Shown in pieces: positions 1-13,877 of a DNA stretch of 64,000 nt. This DNA comes from Eledone cirrhosa (Eukaryota): assembly GCA_964016885.1 (NCBI GenBank), contig OZ024741.1, positions 274,226,001-274,290,000 on the forward strand, in the 5' to 3' direction. A program made the translations under genes and the position numbers. Every line of letters begins with the position of its first letter. Positions within the stretch are counted from its first letter, which is position 1. A model generated the notes under the pieces. The model saw nothing but the letters and a program-made list of their open reading frames with translations, ran no database searches and had not been told where the DNA came from.

Positions 1-110
1 AACAATATAGTTGGTACAACGATCAAATTCCATATCAATTGTCAGGTGCACAAGTATTGCAGATAATAAATGCATTAGAGATCACCGTAATAACGATTTC
101 TGATTTAGGC

Positions 111-295
111 CCTCTCTAGACGCTACCCCCGCCAATTGCCTACTGCGCATCAACATGAGATATTTTTCTCCACAAAGTTCAATCACCAACAGCAGAGTTT
201 AAAGAGCAAATGTCAAGTCCAGCCCATAAGTTGACATTATCAAGCTATCATTTTGGCTGTCGACCTGTGCCTCTCTTACCAGCCAACTTTCCTTC
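111..295 (-). mobile_element. RTE-clade LINE 3' fragment (decayed), inserted into a SINE with 5-bp TSD
   Basis: Minus strand reads EGKLAGKRGTGRQPK*xLDNVNLWAGL...LWRK, matching the RTE C-terminal EGKxxGKRxRGRP..W..N...W motif; TAGGC duplicated at 106-110 and 296-300. Confidence 0.7.
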
Positions 296-478
296 TAGGC
301 ACAACACCAATGATTTTGGGGGAGGGGAAAGACGATTAATTCGACTACCCCAGTGCATTACTGTTACTTTATTTTGTCGACCTCGTAAGGATGAAAGGCA
401 AAGTTAAGCTTGGCGAGATTTGGAGTTAGACCGCAAAGCATGTTGTCCGACACTCTACCGATACTGGCAGTCCAACAC
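296..478 (-). mobile_element. tRNA-derived SINE family 1 (its tail continues at 93-110)
   Basis: Shares the GCCTTTCATCCTTACG.GGTCGA.AAAATAAAGTA core and GGTAGAG.GTCGGAC head with about 10 other copies in the window. Confidence 0.75.
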
Positions 479-829
479 TCTAACGGTAGGAAATTTGGAG
501 CTAGAACACTTTACAATTGTAACTTCAGGACACAGTATTTACATCATAAGTCTATATTTTAAGCAAATGAAATACAAAGGGGACTCTCAATATATATGTC
601 ATATATAGCACTGCAAAGACAACAGTATTTGACAACGTTGATCTATACTGAACCTCATCAACAAGTATATTCTGTTCACAAATTGCTGTGCCTTCTGTAA
701 TGACGAGAACTAATTCGTCCTGACCAAAGTCTATTAATAGAAAGCTAGAGTTAACCATTTCCACAAGTTGTAGCGTTTTAGCTAAACTCAAAGCATAGTT
801 AATAATTTGAAAAACTAAACATACACCGA

Positions 830-1158
830 TGTATATATGTCTGAGTGTGTGTGTCTGTATATATATATATATATATATATACATGTGTCTGTCTGTGCGT
901 ATATATATATATATATATGTATATATAAATATATACATATATATATATATATATATATGTATACATATATACACACACTCAGACGCACAGATACACACAC
1001 ATACGCACGCACGCGCACACACATACACACACATATATATATATAGGGGGGCATAAATGTTAATGGACACCCCTACCTCATAATAACAAATTAAGATAAA
1101 CGTAAGCCGACGAATAGTAATTAAAATTATGTATACACAGCTAAAAGTGTATATATGC

Positions 1159-1196
<38 letters not shown>

Positions 1197-1274
1197 GTTT
1201 GTATATGTGTTAATAGATATATATATATATACTTGTATTTATATGCTTCTAGTTTTATATGTGTGCATGTATGC

Positions 1275-1336
<62 letters not shown>

Positions 1337-1371
1337 TTACATACATACCTACGTTCTTATACACCTACACG

Positions 1372-1470
<99 letters not shown>

Positions 1471-1558
1471 TTATATGTACATATATATATATAAATGTAT
1501 ATATATATTTATATATATATATATATTTACATACATACATACACCTACACACACACAC

Positions 1559-1635
<77 letters not shown>
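830..1635. repeat. (TA)n/(CA)n microsatellite cluster
   Basis: Direct reading. Confidence 0.95.
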
Positions 1636-1636
<1 letters not shown>

Positions 1637-1899
1637 GTGCGGCATGGTGTTAGTGTTTCCTTTGCGTGAAATATTTAATTAAGTGGTAAATAACGGCCAT
1701 AAAACGGCCTCAGTTCACTGAAAGTTTCCAGCAGGTCTCCTCTGTCAGATGTAATAAGTAATAGTAACAGCAATAGATTTGATACTCAAGAAAAAATCTA
1801 CGTCCATAAAACTAGAATTAGGGATTAAGAAATTTATCGCCAGAATTTTTAGTGGGGAATATAATATTTGTTGCTTTGTATGATGGCTATATATGTACT

Positions 1900-3090
1900 T
1901 TTGTTGGTGGTGGTGGTGGTGGTGGTGTTGTGGTTGTGGTGGTGGTGGTGTTGTGGTTGTGGTAGTGATGGCGGTAGTGGTGGTGTTGTGGTTGTGGTTG
2001 TGGTGGTGTTGTGGTTGTGGTTGTTGTGGTGGGGTTGTGGTTGTGGTAGTGATGGTGGTGGTGTTGTGGTGGTGGTGGTGTTGTGGTAGTGGTGGTGTTG
2101 TGGTGGTGTTGTGGTTGTGGTGGTGGTGTTGTTGTTGTTGTGGTGGTGGTGGTGTTGTGGTTGTGGTGGTGGTGGTGTTGTGGTTGTGTTCGTTGTTGTT
2201 ATTATTGATGTGGTGTTGATGTTATGGTGGTGGTGGTGTTGTTGTGCTGGTGTTGTTGTTGTTGTGGTGATGTTGGTGATGGTGTTGTTAATAGTGGTAG
2301 TGGTTGTTGCTGTTGTTGTTGGTGGTGTTGTTGGTGGTGATGTTGGTGGTGTTGGTGATGGTTTTGTTAATAGGTGGTGGTGGTGGGTGCTGTTGTTGTT
2401 GGTGGTGTTGTTGTTGTTGTGGTGGTGGTGGTGGTGGTGTGGTGGTGGTGCTGTGGTTGTGTTCGTTGTGGTTATTATTGATGTGCGGTTGTTGTTGTTG
2501 TTGTTGGTGGTCTTGTTGTTAATAATGGTGGTGGTTGTTGCTGTTGTTGTTGTTGGTGGTGGTGTTGTTATTATTGATGTTGTTGTTTTTGTGGTTGGTG
2601 TTGCGTTGTTGATGTTGTTGTTGTGTTGATGGTGGTGGTGATGGTGGTGTTGGTGGTGGTGGTGTTGTTGGTGGTGGTGGTGTTGGTGGGTGGTGGTTGG
2701 TTGGTGGTGGTGGTGGTGTGTTGTTGGTTGGTGGGTGGTGTTGGTGGTGGTTGGTGTTGGTGGTTGTGTTGTTGGTGGTGTTGGTGGTGGTGGTGTTGTG
2801 TGTGTTGGTGGTGGTGGTGGTGGTGGTGGGTGTTGTGGTGGTGGGTGGTGGTGGTGGTGGTGTGGTGGTTGTGGTGGTGTTGTTGGTGGTGGTGGTGTTG
2901 TGGTGTTGTTGGTTGTTGGTGGTTCTTGTTGTTGGTGATGTTGGTGGTGGTATTGTTGGTGTTGGTGATGGTATTGTTGTTGTTGTTGGTAGTGGTCGTC
3001 GTTCTCGTGGTGATTGTTGTGGTGTTCTTGCGGTTGTTGTAGTTGTTGTTGGTGGTGGTGGTCTCCGTCGTCGTTGTGGTGGTAGTGGCA
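1900..3090. repeat. (GGT/GTT)n low-complexity trinucleotide array
   Basis: Direct reading. Confidence 0.95.
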
Positions 3091-3093
3091 GTG

Positions 3094-3269
3094 TAAGTGT
3101 GTAGGCTGAAAAGTTCATAGACTGACTATGAAGGAGTGATGCTAGAGCTGCGAATCTTATTAATAACTGCATTGTTTCTTTCCAGGGACTATGTTGAAAA
3201 ATAAACCTCATTTGGTCATTCCATGAGAGTATCTTAGTCAGGCTATGAACTTTTCAGCCTACGCTCGTA
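3094..3269. mobile_element. Tc1/mariner-type MITE
   Basis: Terminal inverted repeats (TIRs) TA..G.GTAGGCTGAAAAGTTCATAG / CTATGAACTTTTCAGCCTACGCTCGTA; related copies at 44231-44455 and 44727-45425. Confidence 0.75.
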
Positions 3270-3457
3270 TGTGTCGTTGGTGTTGACTTGTTTTTGCTGT
3301 TGTGGTTGTTGTTGTTATTGTTGGTAGTAGTGGTCGTATTGGTGCTATATTGTTGCTTTTGCTGTTTTTGCTGTTATTATTGTTATGTTTACTCTTGGTG
3401 ATGATTTTATTTCTTCGTATGTCCCATAAGCTAGTGGTGCAGCAAACAGAGATCGAC

Positions 3458-3563
3458 GAAATAAGCTCCACACTGCACTGATATTTGCAAGAGTCGATAT
3501 GATCCACAGAAATAGCTCCACACTGCACTGATATTTGCAAGAGTCGATATGATCCACAGAAAT
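3458..3563. repeat. Tandem duplication of about 51 bp
   Basis: AGCTCCACACTGCACTGATATTTGCAAGAGTCGATATGATCCACAGAAAT occurs twice. Confidence 0.9.
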
Positions 3564-3728
3564 CCCTTCATTGCAGTTTTCTGGCAAAATAATAAAAGAA
3601 AACGAACATGTGTTTATATCGCCCTTAATAAACCGAAACTGTAGTGATTTCTAGAGATTGACTGAGGAGATGGGACTATCGGTCTTAACGATGTTTTTCT
3701 TTTGCCTTTCTTCTGTGCACCCCCTACT

Positions 3729-3780
<52 letters not shown>

Positions 3781-3940
3781 AATTGGTGTTGGATGCTTAA
3801 AGCGTCCGTATGCCGTAGGCCGTATGACCACTCAATGCCCTCGTAGAGCAGAGTATGATATCACAGAAAAAAGAGAATCAGTGTTGCGACGAAAGGAATT
3901 TATTGGAAATATTACAATTTTTTCTCGAGCGACCATTCGT

Positions 3941-3998
<58 letters not shown>

Positions 3999-4032
3999 AC
4001 GAATGGTTACTCCTTCATTAGGTTTATTGGTA

Positions 4033-4117
4033 GGTGACGCGCATTTCACTACTGATCAGCTCAAGGTTCGATCTGTATCGATCTGGCCCTATTCAGGAAT
4101 CAAAAGCTCGTCGGGCC
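4033..4117 (-). ncRNA. Type I hammerhead ribozyme motif (CCGACGA core, long stem II loop; degenerate)
   Basis: Minus strand: GGC CCGACGA GCT...AGT GAAA TGCGCG TC ACC; homologous to 14226-14300. Confidence 0.6.
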
Positions 4118-4155
4118 TTTGGGTGAATCTACAGTAACTTCGCGTTACACTCTCT

Positions 4156-4270
<115 letters not shown>

Positions 4271-4274
4271 GATG

Positions 4275-4434
<160 letters not shown>

Positions 4435-4436
4435 TG

Positions 4437-4500
<64 letters not shown>

Positions 4501-4821
4501 ATGTGGGGTTCACTTCCTCATAGCGGCCGATGGTAACTTTTTTCCGTCTTTTAAGGGTTTTCACCCTACTTTTATAAGCTATCTTCATAGCATGTATATA
4601 CATGATACATTTACGTCGTATCAAGCTTTGTTCTAGATTTTATAAGATATCAATATATATATATTTTCACTCTTGTTTTTATTTTATTTTTATCCTGTAA
4701 CCTTTATATGTAAATTGCCATGCTATATCATTTGATGAATGTCACCCCACTGTTGATCAATATGCGCATATGTTTTATGTGTCTCTTGGGTTGAAAAGGA
4801 GGTCAAGTATGTTATAAATAG

Positions 4822-4870
4822 TTGCTCCGAAGAATCCAAACCTCGGTTTGGAGGAAACAATTGTAAACAA
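4822..4870 (+). ncRNA. Type I hammerhead ribozyme motif (CCGAAGA core)
   Basis: TTGCT CCGAAGA A TCCAAACC-TC-GGTTTGGA G GAAA CAATTG TA AACAA; 8-bp stem II, palindromic stem III. Confidence 0.75.
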
Positions 4871-4904
4871 ATAAATGACTTAAACTGAACTTTGATTACT
4901 GTAA

Positions 4905-4987
<83 letters not shown>

Positions 4988-5013
4988 ATATATATATATA
5001 TATATATATATAC

Positions 5014-6135
5014 AAGTTGAAACAATGAAATAAAAAATCAAGTCATTAGAGATATACTTCACTGCTTTACGATCGTTTCTAGATGGTGATAATACATTGT
5101 ATCTATACTCAGTTATTGATCTACGTAAGTTTACAAACTATCAGATAGAGAGGGTATTTACTTACATGCATATCACCACCTGTTTTCAAAAGCAATAATA
5201 ATTTTATTCAATAATAATTTTACTCAGAATTAGTAGCATGTTAGTATCATGTCCTTATTTGGAAGTGATTGAAGAACTAACGAATCAAATTGTTTTTTTC
5301 ATATGGTGGTAAGATGAAAAGTAATACTTTAGTTGAGGTCATGACCCTTTGAAAGGAATGGTTAAAAGGTGTTAGTAGAAATGGCATAAACATCTATTAG
5401 GAAGGAAGGGGATTGTCAAACTGATAGTTGAATGTATCTTGTATAGTGAATTTAAAAGGAATGTCAAAATAAATGGTGATTAGTGTTGTATTGAGTTTTA
5501 AGGTGAATATAAATTAATGTTATGGCTAGGAAAGATAGTATATTAAAAGATGAAAATTATAATAAGATAATGAGATACAGTAATGCGATAATATACAACT
5601 TAACCAACACAATATAGTACGGTGTGGTAAATTGCACTCAGTATAATATAACATATTATACGCTCTAAAATATTACTAAGTATGTTTATGCATAAACAAT
5701 CAAACTCAGATACATTCAACTATCAGTTTGACAATCCCCTTCCTTCCTAATAGATTTGTATGCCATTTCTACTAACAGCTTTCAACCATTCCTTTCAAAG
5801 GGTCATGACCTCAACTAAAGTGTATTACTTTTCATCTTACCACCATATGAAAAAAACAATTTGATTCGTTAGTTCTTCAACCACCTCCAAATAAGGGCAT
5901 GATACTAACATGCTACTAATTCTGAGTAAAATTATTATTGAATAAAATTATTATTGCTTTTGAAAACAGGTGGTGATATGCATGTAAGTAAATACCCTCT
6001 CTATCTGATAGTTTGTCAACTTACGTAGATCAATAACTGAGTATAGATACAATGTATTATCACCATCTAGAAACGATCGTAAAGCAGTTAAGTATATCTC
6101 TAATGACTTGATTTTTTATTTCATTGTTTCAACTT
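5014..6135. mobile_element. Inverted pair of PLE pseudo-LTR-like arms (5014-5439 / 5708-6135), each with an HHR
   Basis: About 426-bp near-identical inverted arms; HHRs at 5063-5194 (-) and 5955-6086 (+); left end abuts (TA)n. Confidence 0.75.
5955..6086 (+). ncRNA. Type I HHR with U3-A8 core (TTGAAAA) and long stem II insertion
   Basis: TGCTT TTGAAAA C AGGTGGTGATA...TATCACCATCT A GAAA CGATCG TA AAGCA. Confidence 0.7.
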
Positions 6136-6271
6136 ATATCATGACTCTGTTTTCCTTTTAATGTTTTATTGTTTTCTGAGATTTATCTTAACCTACATTT
6201 TCAACATATGGATTACATTGAGTTCTTCATGCAGAATAGACCCCACAACTTACAGTGGATACCTCTGTGTG

Positions 6272-6346
<75 letters not shown>

Positions 6347-6351
<5 letters not shown>

Positions 6352-6603
6352 ATTGAATATAAATGAGAAATAAACACAGATATATAGACATATGTGTTCA
6401 AATCGTCAGGAACCATAAAGGGTTTTAGTTAGTATTTTTTTCACGCTAGCGGTCCTGGTCCCTAACGATTTGAACACATATGTCTATATATCTGTGTTTA
6501 TTTCTCATTTATATTCAATTATAATTTACGGCTCGGAAATATCTTTCCTTGAGCTATTTAATTATAAGAAACTATTTTGAGTTTCTAACTCAAAATATAC
6601 CTT
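6347..6603. mobile_element. Short inverted-arm element (6347-6416 / 6455-6523) plus tail
   Basis: About 65-bp inverted arms between (TG)n and (TA)n; tail end matches the reverse complement of 18392-18430. Confidence 0.55.
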
Positions 6604-6619
6604 ATATATATATATATAT

Positions 6620-6758
6620 AACAAAGGAATTGTGGTAAGGAACCAAATGGACCATAACGCACCAGAGTACTCAATACTTAGTGTAGTAGAGTGAGAAATA
6701 GGAAAAAGTATGACCCCGACGGCAGAGCTCAAGCCGTCGGGGTCATACTTTTTCCTAT
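6620..6758 (-). mobile_element. pLTR-like fragment with HHR 3' half and perfect 26-bp fold-back
   Basis: Homologous to 11536-11770 and 22120-22252; arms 6698-6723 / 6733-6758. Confidence 0.7.
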
Positions 6759-7392
6759 ATATAAGACAAGAAGGTAGTACAGCATAATCGAAGCTCTGGT
6801 TGCAGGCAAGCTAACGAATGTAGTCGAAAAGTGCAGCTAAAGCACTCAATAAGGAATTTTACCTTAGAGTTATAACATTACGTTTAGACAACCATGGAAA
6901 TTGAAGACAGCGACCGAAAAGCGAGCCGCTAGGACCAGAACAACGAAAAAACACGACTCAGGAAAATTTTGACTATTACCTGGACCATCATGGAGATATT
7001 ACATAATATTTCCGCTAGGTTTCTGTAAATCCGAAATCAACAAAATCCATTTGCAGGGGCCTGCAAGTTAATTGGTTTTGGAAGATAGAACAGTGGAATT
7101 TACTTCGTCAACAAGTTTTCGTTTTGCCGCCGCCTGTTGTAAGAACTAGTAGTAAGCAGTGCCAGTAGTCACGTGTTTTATCCGAAGGAACGTATATATA
7201 TATATATATATATATATAAAAAGGAACGATCGACTTTCGTCAAATCGGACCGAGGAAACAACGTTTCCGTTTGTCTTTCCAATTGCTAATACTATCTATC
7301 GGTCGCAACTCCAGGTATATATATATATCGTTTCTGAAGATGGCGTAGGACAGAACAAAGGAGAGGCACAAAAACAAAGAAAAGAATCCCCA

Positions 7393-7435
7393 GTCACTGA
7401 AGAGGTCACAGAATGTGTGACGAAAGAACTTTGAC
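7393..7435 (+). ncRNA. Minimal type I hammerhead ribozyme motif
   Basis: GTCA CTGAAGA G GTCACA-GAATG-TGTGAC GAAA GAAC TT TGAC. Confidence 0.8.
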
Positions 7436-7565
7436 AATATATAAACAATCATCTGGTTGTGGAACCAACCAACCAACCGGATATTTATAAATTTATTATA
7501 ATAAATTGAAGTGAAAGCAACTGGTGCGTGTGTTTCTTATTGGCAACATGACCCTCCCAAAGTAT

Positions 7566-7649
<84 letters not shown>

Positions 7650-7652
7650 GCG

Positions 7653-7699
<47 letters not shown>

Positions 7700-7964
7700 T
7701 TGTGTGTGGAATGATAAGGTAAGACTATATTTATATATGGGGACCAATGTTGCTGGGTTTAAGATTTCCAGCCTGTGTTATCTATTTGTACGAAGATATC
7801 TTTCAATACGTGAGGGCCAAAGAATATAATACTTGACATTGTAAAGTCTCTAACTTCCGGTTTTACCGGGCCAGGTAGATTTTGGCTCCTTGCAACTTAA
7901 CAGCAATATTTTAATATTTTAATATTTTGATATATTTTATAGTTTAATCTTGTGTTACAATGAA

Positions 7965-8070
7965 ATAATTGTTTCTACTTTTAGCACAAGGCCAGCAATT
8001 ACTCAGTGTATTACTGGTACTTTATTTTATCGACCCCGTAAGTATGAAAGGCAAAGTTAACCTCGGCGGG
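7965..8070 (-). mobile_element. tRNA-derived SINE family 1, 3' part
   Basis: Core and tail homology to 45742-45915. Confidence 0.75.
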
Positions 8071-8463
8071 ATAATGTCAATAATCGACAGTTTAGCATCG
8101 ACAAGTATTTATCGCTGGAACTAGAATTTAGTTATAGGTCCATACTTACATATTCTCTCTCTCTACCCCTCTTTGTCACCCTCTCTTCCATTCATTCTCT
8201 GTCTTTGTCACTATCTCTTCCATTCTTTTGCTTTCCCTCCCTCTCTCTTTTTGTCACTCTCCCTTCCAGTCTCACTCTCACTTTCCCTCTCTCTCTCGTT
8301 GTCACTCTCTCTTCCATTCTCTCACCACCACCTCTCTCGTTGTTTCTCTCTCTTTCAAACTCTCTCTCTCTCTCTCTCTTTCTCAGGCACACACACTTTC
8401 TATCTCTCGCTTTGTCATTCTACCTACCATTCTCCCTCTCTCTCTCGTTGTTGCTCTCTCTTC

Positions 8464-8520
<57 letters not shown>

Positions 8521-8684
8521 AGACACACTCACTCTCTCTCTCTATATATCTCGCAGGCTCTCACAGATCCATTTAAAATAGAACTGTTACAAGATGTCCA
8601 ATAACTTTTATTTTTAACAATAACCTAAAATATCAATGCAGGCTAGATATGTACATACACATATGTACATATATATATATATAT

Positions 8685-8731
<47 letters not shown>

Positions 8732-8770
8732 CATACATTATATATATATTCATATATATATATATACATG

Positions 8771-8803
<33 letters not shown>

Positions 8804-9029
8804 GTATGTATGTATATTTGTATAGTATATATATATACATACATATATGTATATATACACATACACACATATATACACGATTGGACAATTATTTAAAGAG
8901 TGCATATAAAAATCTAACAGAAATAAAAGACAAACAAAAGTATAAAAAAGAACAACAACAAACAAGGAAAGGTAATCATTCCATTTGTTATCTCATGACT
9001 GGTCTATTGTCAGTTTAGATACAGCATCA

Positions 9030-10330
9030 CCAGACAACAAAACCATACAACAACAAAACTAGACAACAACAAAACCAGACAACAACAAAACCAGACAACA
9101 GCAAAACCTGACAACAACAAAACTAGACAACAACAAAATCAGACAACAACAAAACCAGACAACAACAAAACTAGACAACAACAAAATCAGACAACGACAA
9201 AACCAGACAACAAAAAAACTAGAGACCAACAACAACAGACAACAACAAAACCAGACAACAACAAAACCAGACAACGAAACTAGACAAAAACAACAAGAGA
9301 CAACAACAAAAACAGACAGCAACAAAACCAGACAACAACAACACCATACAACAACAAAACTAGACAACAAAACCAGACAACAACAAAATCAGACAACGAC
9401 AAAACCAGACAACAAAAAAACTAAAGAACAACAACAACAGATAACAACAACAACAGACAACAACAACAACAGACAACAACAAAACCAAACAACAACAAAA
9501 CCAGACAACAACAAAACTAGACAAAAACAACAACAGACAACAACAAAACTAGACAACAACAAAACCAGACAACAACAAAACCAGACAACAACAACAGACA
9601 ACATCAACACCAGACAACAACAAAACCAGACAACAACAACAGACAACAACAGAACTAGACAACAACAACACCAGAAACATCAAAACCAGACAACAACAAA
9701 ACCAGACAACAATAAAACCAGGCAACAACAAGACTAGACAACAACAAAACCAGACAACAACAAAACCAGACAACAACAAAACCAGGCAACAATAATACTA
9801 GACAACAACAACAGACAAAAACAACACCAGACAACAACAAAACCAGACAACAACAAAACTAGACAACAACAACACCAGAAACAACAAAGCCAGACAACAA
9901 CCAAACCAGACAACAACAAAACCAGACAACAACAAAACTAGACAACAACAAAACTAGACAACAACAAAACCAGACAACCACAAAACCAGACAACAACAAA
10001 ACCAGACAACAACAAAACCAGACAACAACAAAACCAGACAACAACAAAACTAGACAACAACAGCACCAGAAACAACCAAACCAGACAACAACAAAACCAG
10101 ACGACAACAAAACCAGAAAACAACAAAACTAGACAACAACAAAACCAGACAACCACAAAACCAGACAACAACAAAACCAGACAACAACGAAACCAGACAA
10201 CAACAAAACCAGACAACAGCAAAACCAGACAACAACAAAACCAGACAACAACAAAACCAGATAACAACAACAACAGACAACAACAACGACAACAGACAAC
10301 AACAGCAAGACAACAACAACAGCAAGACAC
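9030..10330. repeat. Minisatellite, unit about 16 bp (ACAACAACAAAACCAG)
   Basis: Direct reading, about 1.3 kb of imperfect units. Confidence 0.9.
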
Positions 10331-10489
10331 ATTCTATAATGTTAGTAGCTATCATCTATGATATAATTATCTGTTTCCTTCACAATGAGTCACATTACTT
10401 TATTTTACCTCAGTTTATGTTTCTACAACATATTACTGTCCTCTCAGCTAACACATATTTTTAACTGCATATTAATGGTCGTTTCTAAT

Positions 10490-10498
10490 ATTGTTGTT

Positions 10499-10573
<75 letters not shown>

Positions 10574-11112
10574 GGTGGTGGTGGTGGTGGTGGTGGTGGT
10601 GGAGATGGCGGTGATGGTGGTCGTGTTGGTGATGGTGGTGTTATTGTTATTATTATCATCATCATCATCATCATCACCATCATCACCACCATCATCACCG
10701 CCATCACCAGCATCACCATCATCACCATCATCGCCACCATCATCACCATCATCACTACCATCACCATCACCATCACCATCATCACCACCATCATCGCCAC
10801 CATCATCGCCACAACCATCACCATCATCATCATCATCACCACCATCACTACCATCACAATCACCACCACCATCATCATCATCATCATCATCATCACCACC
10901 GTCACCATCATCCTCCTCATTGTCCCCTATATGTCGGCCCTTGTGGCCAATAATTGAAACCATTATTATTATTATTGTTATTATTATTATTGTTATTATC
11001 ATCATTATCGTCATCATCCTGATCATCTTCTTCGTCACCCTAACCCTTCTTCTCCTCCTCTCCTCCTTCTCCTCCTCCTCCTCATCATCATTAATATTAT
11101 TATTATTATTAT

Positions 11113-11165
<53 letters not shown>
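10490..11165. repeat. Compound trinucleotide microsatellite (GTT, GGT, CAT/CAC, TAT, TAG)
   Basis: Direct reading. Confidence 0.9.
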
Positions 11166-11452
11166 TGTACAAACTGCTAGCAAGATGTGTTTTTATCTAT
11201 GATATATATACAATTAACAATCATTGCAAATGGCCGACTAGTTTGTTGTTCAGTTTTTGTTTTACGTTCGCCATTTTTGTCTTAGTAAAGGTGTCAACGA
11301 AGGAGTCAGGGAGGGATATTAGGGTTAGGGCAGGAGAAACGAGACGGCGGCGACCACAGCTCCTGAAAAACATATTAGCGGTTAATATAGACATACGTAT
11401 ATATCATGACAGACACATGTATATATTTACATATACACACACATAAATACCA

Positions 11453-11535
<83 letters not shown>

Positions 11536-11538
<3 letters not shown>

Positions 11539-11772
11539 CGAAAGAAGTGTGGTAAGGAACCAGGTGGACCATAACGCACCAGAGTACTCAATACTTTGGG
11601 TAATAGAGTGGGTAATAGGAAAATGTTCAAGACCCCGACGGCAGAGCTCAAGCCGATTCGATGGCTACTTCTGGACTAAAAAAAATATAAAAATTTTTTT
11701 TATTTTTTAGTCAAGAAATAGCTGCCGAAACGGCTTGAGCCCTGCCGTCGGGGTCTTGAACATTTTCCCATA
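11536..11772. mobile_element. pLTR-like fragment with inverted arms carrying HHR 3' half (GAAA CGGC..GCCG TC GGGGT)
   Basis: Arms about 11617-11685 / 11702-11770; starts at (TA)n. Confidence 0.65.
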
Positions 11773-11996
11773 TATATCTATATACCACAACATGGCCTCA
11801 GCCGGATGGCTGGAAGAGGTAAAAGAGTAAAAGATTTTTACACACAGACACACACACACACGCACGCACACACACACATATATATAGTCATAGAATTACG
11901 CATACACACAAATATATATAGAATCATACATACATCACCAGTCTAGAAAGACTCCTATAAACATGTTTGCATGTGTGTATATGACAAACGTTTCGC

Positions 11997-12028
<32 letters not shown>

Positions 12029-12176
12029 ATGTGTTTGACTGTGTGCGTGTGTGTGTGTGTGTGTGCGTTTATAGAAAGAGAGGGGAAGGTCGGCCATTGG
12101 TGAAGAGGTCAGGCAGGCATGGGGTGAATACCTCAGATTATATACACTGTATGAATAGTCAGTGAATAACCCGTGC

Positions 12177-12211
<35 letters not shown>

Positions 12212-12276
12212 CTATATATATATATATACTATATATACACACACACATACATTCATACATACATATTTATATATAC

Positions 12277-12322
<46 letters not shown>

Positions 12323-12369
12323 AATATATTATATATATATTTATATATTATATATATATTTATATATAC

Positions 12370-12423
<54 letters not shown>

Positions 12424-12790
12424 AATATATTATATATATATATATATATATACATATACACTATATGTATATATAAATACAGATATATATATATATGTAT
12501 ATATAATATATATATATATAAAACATGTGTTAGGCAGACTTTGTTTTTACACCCTGTCTGAGATTTGGGAACATTTTGTGTACACTGCACCCCCCTATCT
12601 TCTTTGACCTTCACTAGAGAGGGTGGAGGGCGCATGGGGTGGACTTTGTTGAATAGACTTCACACGTACCTTTTCTACGTGAAAATGTATTCACATAGAC
12701 ACATGGACTCACAAATACACACACATTTTTATATATTCTGTTCTCTACAATGATATACATTCTCTGATAGGTAAAGATACATACATATAT

Positions 12791-13398
12791 GGTGGCTGCC
12801 AACTCGTTTTCGAGTACGGCCACTACTTTATATCCATGTAGGAGAACCCCTACCGATGCGCTGAACGAGTGTGACTTTTTAGTCCAGCCAGCGACTTGAA
12901 AACTTTGGTACGAACACTACACTTGTGACAATTATTGACACATAGTGCTGGGCCCATGGTACCATGTGATGACAAGTGCAGAGAGATCTCCAGATATAAA
13001 GCAATGCCTGTGCCGTGAAGCTTTTATAGTGAGCAAAGGCACTGCACAAAGCCAGTCCCACTCTCTTGACCAAGATGATATTTACCAAAAAGAAGAACAA
13101 GTCAACATCATTTGATACCATCAGGGTTGCAGGTGTTATATCAGAGTTTTCCTTCTCCTAGAATTCTGCCTTGACAAAGGCTAAGGGGTCATCTCTCCCG
13201 GTGATTTTGGATGGCCATTGACTCTTAAGAGATCCTTTGCCCTTTGACAGGTTTTGTTTTTAGTCCTGCAGGATGTCCAAAGTCACCCTCCTCACCAAGA
13301 AACCTTGGTGGGGTTGCCAGTTTAATCGCCAACGACCCGACCATGAGACAGTTTGTACTGGGATACATGTTACCAGTTGCACCAACTGGTGACCTGAC
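12791..13398 (-). mobile_element. Non-autonomous RTE-derived element (RTE-like 5' UTR joined to zinc-finger-encoding 3' end)
   Basis: GGAGAAGGAAAACTCTGATATA 5'UTR-like motif; 3' part encodes C..C.K.FKSLAGLKSH; (TATG)n-like flanks; copies at 56115-56526 and 56556-56927. Confidence 0.65.
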
Positions 13399-13877
13399 AT
13401 ATGTATACATACATGTATACATACATACATACATACATACATACATACATACATACATACATACATACATACATACATACATACACAGAGACAGACAGAC
13501 CAACATACATACATGGATACATTCATATATACATACATATAGTCAGTCACACATGCAGACATACTTTCAAATATAGACATATACCCAGACATGCATGCAT
13601 ACATACATATATACATACATGTAAACATACATACATATATAGAAAGAGATACATACATACACAAACGCACATACATACACATACGCTCATACCTAAATAT
13701 ATATATATATATATACGTATTTCCAGGGTTCAAATGACGACGTAAATATATGCTTTTCTTCGTTTATCCTCCGTACCTGTCTTTCCATGAGCAGCCTTGC
13801 TCATATATAATACCTGGTTCAGTAGATTTGTGGCAGCACTCTATGTTAAGGCAGTATATATATATTGAAAACACATC

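Noticed and set aside
620-670. Minus-strand TTGATGA ... CAACGTTG TC as an HHR
   Set aside because: GAAA missing and stem I does not pair
6385-6490. CTGACGA-TTT-GAAC-ACATATG-TC as an HHR
   Set aside because: No stem II, GAAC instead of GAAA, and no stem I pairing
9030-10330. Regular short repeats as a CRISPR-like array (also 48880-49420)
   Set aside because: No unique spacers, eukaryotic context; simple minisatellites
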